A DNA stretch of 64,000 nucleotides from Bacteroidota bacterium (GTDB taxonomy: Bacteria > Bacteroidota > Bacteroidia > Bacteroidales > VadinHA17). Positions 58,418-64,000 of the stretch are shown here, in pieces (the stretch's first letter is position 1; every line of letters begins with the position of its first letter). The stretch is taken from positions 23,697-87,696 of the forward strand of contig JAAYDB010000068.1 in NCBI GenBank assembly GCA_012729475.1, read 5' to 3'. The position numbers were made by a program, and so were the translations under genes. Under the pieces are notes generated by a model that saw only the letters and a program-made list of their open reading frames with translations, made no database searches and was not told the origin of the DNA.

Positions 58418-59164
58418 TTATTCAAAATGAATTGAGAGATTCGTGATTCTGTTACAGGCAATATTTGATGCTTCCTGTTCTGCTTCTTTTTTTGATTTGC
58501 CCTGCCCTCTTCCATATTCTTCACCGTTTATAGACAGGATGGCATAGAAGACCAATTCTTTTTTCAGGGAATCGTATCCCTCGTTATAGGTAAAGCTGAG
58601 CTTTGCTTTATTCTTCTGGACCCATTCAAAGATCAGGCTTTTATAATTTGTATCGTTATTGATTATGCTGTTGAGGTCAAGGTATTTATTGAGGACTCTT
58701 TCAATGAATATTTTTTTTGTTTTTCTGAAGCCTTTATCAATAAATATTACACCAATCAGAGCTTCCAGGGCATCACCATAGAGATTATTACTGTTATGAA
58801 TGGAGTTGACATTATTCACAAGGATATTATTTATGCCCATTGATATAGCTAATTGATTAATAATATCCCTGTTAACTATCCTGGAGCGTATTTTTGTCAT
58901 AAACCCTTCTGAAGCGTCGGGGTATTTTTCGAAGAGGTAATCAGAAAGGATGGCGTCAAGAATGGCATCGCCAAGATATTCAAGTCTTTCATTATTAACT
59001 TTTTTTGAATCGGGCAGAGAATATGAAGCCGAACGGTGAATGAAAGCTTCTTCATAGAGACGCAGATTCCCGGGCTTGAATCCGAGAATATTTTTCAAAC
59101 CCGAAGAGAACTCTTTTTTATTGAGAATGAATGTACGGTTAATTTTCCTGTTGAGTAGCGACAC
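58418..59164 (-). CDS. rnc: Ribonuclease III
   Basis: 248 aa. Catalytic signature NERLEYLGDAILD and a C-terminal dsRBD (GKSKKEAEQEAS). GTG start overlapping the fabF stop by 1 nt. Confidence 0.9.
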   Translation of the reverse strand: MSLLNRKINRTFILNKKEFSSGLKNILGFKPGNLRLYEEAFIHRSASYSLPDSKKVNNERLEYLGDAILDAILSDYLFEKYPDASEGFMTKIRSRIVNRDIINQLAISMGINNILVNNVNSIHNSNNLYGDALEALIGVIFIDKGFRKTKKIFIERVLNKYLDLNSIINNDTNYKSLIFEWVQKNKAKLSFTYNEGYDSLKKELVFYAILSINGEEYGRGQGKSKKEAEQEASNIACNRITNLSIHFE

Positions 59165-60411
59165 TAAGAATCAGCTTTTTTCAGAACGACAGAGGCATTA
59201 TGTCCTCCAAATCCGAAAGTGTTGCTGATAGCTATACGGACCTTTCTTTCCTGGGCAGTATTGGCTGTTAGATTGAGATTCGGATCGATTTGTGGATCAG
59301 GTACTTTAAAATTAATTGTAGGAGGTATTATGTCCTTTGTCAGGGACATAATAGCTGCTATTGCTTCTATGGCACCTGCTGCTCCCAGTAAATGTCCGGT
59401 CATTGATTTGGTGGAACTGATATTGAGTTTGAAAGCATGTTCTCCAAAAACATTAACTATGGCTTTGGCTTCTGAGATATCACCGAGGGGAGTTGCTGTT
59501 CCGTGCACATTAATATAATCAACATCTTCAGGTTTAATACCTGCATCCTTGAGAGCAAGTTTCATTACACTTATTGCACCAATGCCTTCAGGATGGGGAG
59601 CAGTTATATGATAGGCATCTGCTGTCATTCCTGTGCCTGTCAGTTCAGCATAGATTTTTGCTCCTCTGGCTTTTGCATGGTTATATTCTTCAACGATCAG
59701 GGCTCCGGCCCCTTCCCCGAGCACAAAACCATCACGTGTATGATCGAAGGGACGGGATGCAGTTTTGTATTCATCATTATTTGTGGATATAGCCTGTAAG
59801 GCATTGAACCCACCTATGCCCGGTTCATTTATGCTGGCTTCGGAACCTCCGCTGACAAAAATATCCGCTTTATCCAGGCGGATATAATTAATTGCATCAA
59901 TAAGAGCATTTGTGGAAGATGCGCATGCAGATACAGTGGCAAAATTGGGCCCCTTAAAACCATATTTTATGGAAATTGTTCCTGCAGCAATATCTGCTAT
60001 CATCTTCGGAATAAAAAAAGGACTGAACCTGGGTGTCCCGTCTCCAAGAACATGATCTCTTATCGAACGATAAAAAGTTTCAATGCCTCCGATACCCGAT
60101 GCCCAGATAACCCCTATCCTGTCTCTGTTGCTCTTTTCAAGATCAAGCCCTGAGTCTTTTACGGCTTCATCAGCAGCTATAAGTGCATATTGAGCGTACA
60201 GATCAAGCTTGTTGGACTCTTTCCTTTCAAAATAATCGGCAGAGTTGTATCCCTTTAATTCACAAGCAAACCGGGTTTTGAATTTTTCGGCATTGAACCG
60301 TGTGATCATCCCCGATCCGCTTACTCCTTTTTCAAGACCATCCCAATATTCCCGTACGTTATTGCCAATAGGAGTCAGGGCCCCAAGGCCTGTAACTACA
60401 ACTCGTCTCAT
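59164..60411 (-). CDS. fabF: Beta-ketoacyl-ACP synthase II
   Basis: 415 aa. MRRVVVTGLG start, active-site context ATVSACASS, HGTATPLGD, NTFGFGGHN. Confidence 0.95.
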   Translation of the reverse strand: MRRVVVTGLGALTPIGNNVREYWDGLEKGVSGSGMITRFNAEKFKTRFACELKGYNSADYFERKESNKLDLYAQYALIAADEAVKDSGLDLEKSNRDRIGVIWASGIGGIETFYRSIRDHVLGDGTPRFSPFFIPKMIADIAAGTISIKYGFKGPNFATVSACASSTNALIDAINYIRLDKADIFVSGGSEASINEPGIGGFNALQAISTNNDEYKTASRPFDHTRDGFVLGEGAGALIVEEYNHAKARGAKIYAELTGTGMTADAYHITAPHPEGIGAISVMKLALKDAGIKPEDVDYINVHGTATPLGDISEAKAIVNVFGEHAFKLNISSTKSMTGHLLGAAGAIEAIAAIMSLTKDIIPPTINFKVPDPQIDPNLNLTANTAQERKVRIAISNTFGFGGHNASVVLKKADS

Positions 60412-60436
60412 AAAAAGGATAGTTTGCTATGCAAAT

Positions 60437-60673
60437 TTATTTTGCGTTTTCTTCAATATACTTGATAGCATCACCAACAGTGCTTATTGTTTCTGCCTGA
60501 TCGTCAGGAATACCGATATTGAATTCTTTTTCAAATTCCATTATCAGTTCTACAGTATCAAGAGAGTCAGCACCAAGATCATTGGTAAAACTGGCTTCCG
60601 GCGTAACTTCTGATTCATCAACTCCAAGTTTGTCAACAATAATCTCTTTTACTCTTGTGGCAATGTCTGACAT
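60437..60673 (-). CDS. acpP: Acyl carrier protein
   Basis: 78 aa. Phosphopantetheine attachment motif [14 protein letters not shown]. Confidence 0.96.
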   Translation of the reverse strand: MSDIATRVKEIIVDKLGVDESEVTPEASFTNDLGADSLDTVELIMEFEKEFNIGIPDDQAETISTVGDAIKYIEENAK

Positions 60674-60855
60674 AGTGATAAAATTTAATTAATAATAATT
60701 TTAAACAGATGCAAAGAAATATATTTGTACTTTATTTTTCAAATGATTTCTTGTTATTTTTTTGTTATATAAGACCAATAAATTGATATATAGTGCAATA
60801 TACTTTTATTTTATCAATGAATATAAATTTTATATGAATTTTTAAAGGCCAGAAA

Positions 60856-61455
60856 ATGAGCAATATAGCTATTTTTGCATCCGGGTCAGGAACCAATGCA
60901 GAAAACATAATAAAATATTTTTCGAACAAAAAAACAGCAAATGTAGTACTTGTTCTTTCAAATCGCCGTGAAGCACCTGTGTTAAAGAGGGCTGAACAAA
61001 ATAATGTAGATTCATTTTTTTTCGACCGAAATGATTTTTATATTTCCAACCGGGTTCTTGATAAACTTGTTCAGTACCGCATTGACTTTATCGTTCTGGC
61101 CGGATTTCTCTGGCTCGTACCGGAAAACATTCTCGAAAGATACAGAGGCAGAATGATCAACATACATCCTGCTCTGCTTCCGAAATATGGGGGGAAAGGG
61201 ATGTATGGATCACGTGTACACAAAGCTGTTATTGATAACAGAGAGATGTTATCGGGAATAACTATTCATTTTGTCAACTCCGGCTATGATGAAGGAGATA
61301 TTATTTTTCAGAAGACATGTAAAATTGATCCCTCAGATACACCTGAAACACTTGCAGTGAAAGTGCATGAACTGGAATACAGGCACTATCCGGAAATAAT
61401 AGAGGCTCTTATTGTCAGTCGGCAAAAGGAGTTCAACAAGTCTCAAGAAGACTGA
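60856..61455 (+). CDS. purN: Phosphoribosylglycinamide formyltransferase
   Basis: 199 aa. IAIFASGSGTNAENII, VLAGFLWLVPE, INIHPALLPKYGG motifs. Confidence 0.9.
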   Translation: MSNIAIFASGSGTNAENIIKYFSNKKTANVVLVLSNRREAPVLKRAEQNNVDSFFFDRNDFYISNRVLDKLVQYRIDFIVLAGFLWLVPENILERYRGRMINIHPALLPKYGGKGMYGSRVHKAVIDNREMLSGITIHFVNSGYDEGDIIFQKTCKIDPSDTPETLAVKVHELEYRHYPEIIEALIVSRQKEFNKSQED

Positions 61456-62680
61456 GCACTACAAGTTTTATCTTATTAAATCTTTCAAGGTTCTCTTCTG
61501 AGACTGGTTCAACGGGGGGAGCTTCAACCTTAAGAGGGTCTACAGGAGACCCGTTTTTGTAAAACCTGAAGTCGAGATGTGGCCCTGTTGACAGACCTGT
61601 ACTACCGACGTATCCTATTATATCTCCCTGTCTGACAAAACCACCGCTGACGATTCCTTCTTCAAAACGGCTGAGGTGAAGGTAGGCCGTTGAGTATACA
61701 CTGTTATGTGTTATCTTTATCATTTTACCGTTGACATTATCGGACCGCATCTCTGCAACTCTTCCATCACCTATTGCTTGTACGGGTGTGCCAACAGGAG
61801 CAGCATAGTCAACCCCATAATGTGGCCTGCGTATTCTGAGAATGGGATGCATTCTTGATCCGGAAAAACGTGATGATATACGTGAAAAATGCAGAGGAGC
61901 TTTGAGGAATGCTTTCTGTAAACTGTTCCCTTCAGGGTCGAAGTAGATACCTTTTCCATCTTGCAGGAAAGGGATTGCTGAAATTATATTGCCTGCCCAT
62001 GTGAACTGAGCTCCGTAAATATTGCCGATTCCCATCGATATATCCTCAATAAAAAGTTCTTCATAAATAACTTTATAGCTGTCGCCTTTCTGCAGACCGA
62101 AGAAATCAACTGTCCAGGCAAAGATTTCCGATAAGGCAATGGCAAGAGAGGGATGATAACCTTCCATCATTATCGATTCCCACATTGATGTTTCAATTGT
62201 GCCGGAAGAATATTTTATTACCTTTTTTATCTCTTTCCGGTATGGTGTTATATTAAGAGAATCATTAAAGCTGAAAATATAACAGATGGTAGGATCGTGT
62301 TCATAAACAAGATATCTGGCTCTGGCTGTGGAATCAGGTTCACAGAATACAGTATAGTGATTTCCTGATCTTATCTTTCTGACATCAAAGATCGTATCAA
62401 AATTTTTTGATACCTGGTCTATTTCCTGCATACTGACTCCGTGTTCAATCAATATTTGAGACAGGAACCCGTTTCTCTTTATCTCACCCGTCACAAGATT
62501 GAAAGAATCTGCAGGAATACCGAAAAGCAATACAGGTTTGCAGGTATCTACATGAGGTAAAGTATCAGCAGGCATTGATTCAGGCCCTTGTATTTCAGCT
62601 ATTCGTGAATTTTTGCAGGATACATTCAGTACTATTATCAGTATAAAAATTATCGCCGGCCCTTTTATCTTAGAATACAT
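61433..62680 (-). CDS. M23 family metallopeptidase (envelope-associated)
   Basis: About 415 aa from ATG 62680. N-terminal hydrophobic anchor or signal. C-terminal LytM-type motifs HYGVDYAAPVGTPV and GSTGLSTGPHLDF. Confidence 0.88.
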   Translation of the reverse strand: MYSKIKGPAIIFILIIVLNVSCKNSRIAEIQGPESMPADTLPHVDTCKPVLLFGIPADSFNLVTGEIKRNGFLSQILIEHGVSMQEIDQVSKNFDTIFDVRKIRSGNHYTVFCEPDSTARARYLVYEHDPTICYIFSFNDSLNITPYRKEIKKVIKYSSGTIETSMWESIMMEGYHPSLAIALSEIFAWTVDFFGLQKGDSYKVIYEELFIEDISMGIGNIYGAQFTWAGNIISAIPFLQDGKGIYFDPEGNSLQKAFLKAPLHFSRISSRFSGSRMHPILRIRRPHYGVDYAAPVGTPVQAIGDGRVAEMRSDNVNGKMIKITHNSVYSTAYLHLSRFEEGIVSGGFVRQGDIIGYVGSTGLSTGPHLDFRFYKNGSPVDPLKVEAPPVEPVSEENLERFNKIKLVVLSLLETC

Positions 62681-62692
62681 CAATCAGTTTGC

Positions 62693-64000
62693 TTATTTTT
62701 TCAGAACAATGTTAACAATACGCTGGGGTACAACAATTATTTTCACAACAGTACCTGTGTCAAGCCATTTTCTCGCTCTTTCATCTCCGAGAACTCTTTT
62801 GGTTATCTCATCTTTGTCAAGGTTAACGGGAAGCTCTATGGTAAATCTTAGTTTTCCATTAAAAGAAACCGGATATTCTATAATGTCTTCTTTCAGGAGT
62901 TCTTCGTTAACTTCCGGCCAGGGCTCATGGGCTATGGATCTGTCATGACCTTGTATCCGCCATAGTTCTTCTGCCAGATGAGGAGCAAAGGGAGATAGTA
63001 TTTTAATAAAAATATTAACAGTCTCCCGGGTCACTTTCCCTTTTTTTACTGCCAGGTTAAGAAAGATCATCATTGCCGAGATGGCAGTGTTAAACCTGAG
63101 GTTTTCAATATCGCCTTCCACCTTTCTGATGGCCTGATGCAGTCCTTTGAGGATATCTGTGCTTTCTTCTTTCCCTGATGTTATATTCTCCTGATTCGAG
63201 AAGAATCTGAATGTTCTTGCGAGGAAATTAAATACCCCTTTGACCCCTTTGTCATCCCAGGGTTTGATAATATCCAGCGGCCCCATGAACATTTCATAAA
63301 GTCGCAGTGAGTCTGCGCCGTATTTTTGTACTACATCGTCGGGATTCACCACATTCTTGAGTGATTTGGACATCTTGGCCACTATCTGTTTAAGAGGGGC
63401 TCCTGTTTCTTTGTTATAGTATTTCCCATTACGTTCTTCCACCAGATCGGCAGACACTTTAGCGCCCAGTTCATTTTCGTAAGCATAGGCAAGTATCATG
63501 CCCTGGTTGAACAATCTCTTATAAGGTTCATCGGTTGATACGATTCCGAGGTCGAAGAGAACCTTATGCCAGAAACGGCTGTAAAGAAGGTGAAGAACGG
63601 CATGTTCAGCTCCGCCTATATAAAGATCGACAGGCATCCAGTACTTTTCTTTTTCAGGATCAAAAATGCGGGAATCATTTCCGGGGTCAATAAAGCGCAG
63701 ATAATACCAGCATGAACCTGCCCACTGGGGCATGGTATTAGTTTCACGTCTCCCTTTGCGACCTGAACTGTCAGTAACAGTGAGCCATTCATCGGCATTT
63801 GCCAGTGGTGATTCTCCGGAGTCACCCGGGAGATATTTCTCAAGTTCAGGTAGCTTAAGGGGTAACTCATTTTCGTCCAGGAGTGTTATTTCCCCGTTTT
63901 CCCAGTGGATAACAGGGAAGGGTTCTCCCCAGTATCTTTGTCTGCTGAAGAGCCAGTCGCGCAATTTATAATTAACTTTTGCTTTTCCCGTTCCGGTTTT
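62693..64000 (-). CDS. leuS: Leucine--tRNA ligase, C-terminal part (N-terminus beyond window end)
   Basis: The frame stays open to 64000 (KTGTGKAKVNYKLRDWLFSRQRYWGEPFP...). KMSKS loop present as KMSKSLKN. The M at 63964 in the track is really an internal TTG Leu. Confidence 0.95.
   Translation of the reverse strand, partial: KTGTGKAKVNYKLRDWLFSRQRYWGEPFPVIHWENGEITLLDENELPLKLPELEKYLPGDSGESPLANADEWLTVTDSSGRKGRRETNTMPQWAGSCWYYLRFIDPGNDSRIFDPEKEKYWMPVDLYIGGAEHAVLHLLYSRFWHKVLFDLGIVSTDEPYKRLFNQGMILAYAYENELGAKVSADLVEERNGKYYNKETGAPLKQIVAKMSKSLKNVVNPDDVVQKYGADSLRLYEMFMGPLDIIKPWDDKGVKGVFNFLARTFRFFSNQENITSGKEESTDILKGLHQAIRKVEGDIENLRFNTAISAMMIFLNLAVKKGKVTRETVNIFIKILSPFAPHLAEELWRIQGHDRSIAHEPWPEVNEELLKEDIIEYPVSFNGKLRFTIELPVNLDKDEITKRVLGDERARKWLDTGTVVKIIVVPQRIVNIVLKK

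Overview
AT-rich 64-kb chromosomal window that reads as Bacteroidota: fused lpxC-fabZ, a T9SS type-A C-terminal sorting domain, a V-type ATPase operon with a DUF2764-like subunit, and TAnnTTTG-type -7 boxes. I call 55 protein-coding genes, two of them cut by the window edges. I recognised no rRNA, tRNA, CRISPR array, IS element or prophage. From about 21.1 kb rightwards the content is conserved housekeeping: HD hydrolase-lpxD-lpxC/fabZ-lpxA, yccF, DUF4139, a 7-gene V-type ATPase operon, sufBCDSE + DUF59 + queG, yjbQ + ECF sigma, a hydrolase, GSCFA, a MerR/CarH-like regulator, kdsB, sigma-54 activator-lptE-TPR-secG, groES-groEL, lepA, an OmpR/HK pair, acpP-fabF-rnc, purN, an M23 peptidase and leuS. 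The left 21 kb looks accessory. Its core is the stand-out: a tightly packed 15.7-kb, seven-gene minus-strand operon (5415..21104). It combines a complete RND tripartite pump (TolC-like OMF, adaptor, two tandem RND permeases) with two ABC-transporter modules. The second RND permease is one continuous 1574-aa ORF that continues through 2 extra TM helices into an ABC ATPase domain, and that domain is itself interrupted by a 4-TM insertion between its first beta-strand and the Walker A loop. A free paralogous ATPase and a 7-TM permease with a roughly 880-aa extracytoplasmic domain open the operon, and a small ABC-2-like permease closes it. I do not recognise this as a described system. A second notable item is a gene missing from the supplied ORF track (1..1162, minus strand, runs off the window). 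It encodes a secreted protein with an extreme Tyr/Trp/His block and degenerate 17-19-aa Arg/Asn/Ser/Gln repeats. All family assignments come from reading motifs by eye. No database search, HMM or structure prediction was run.
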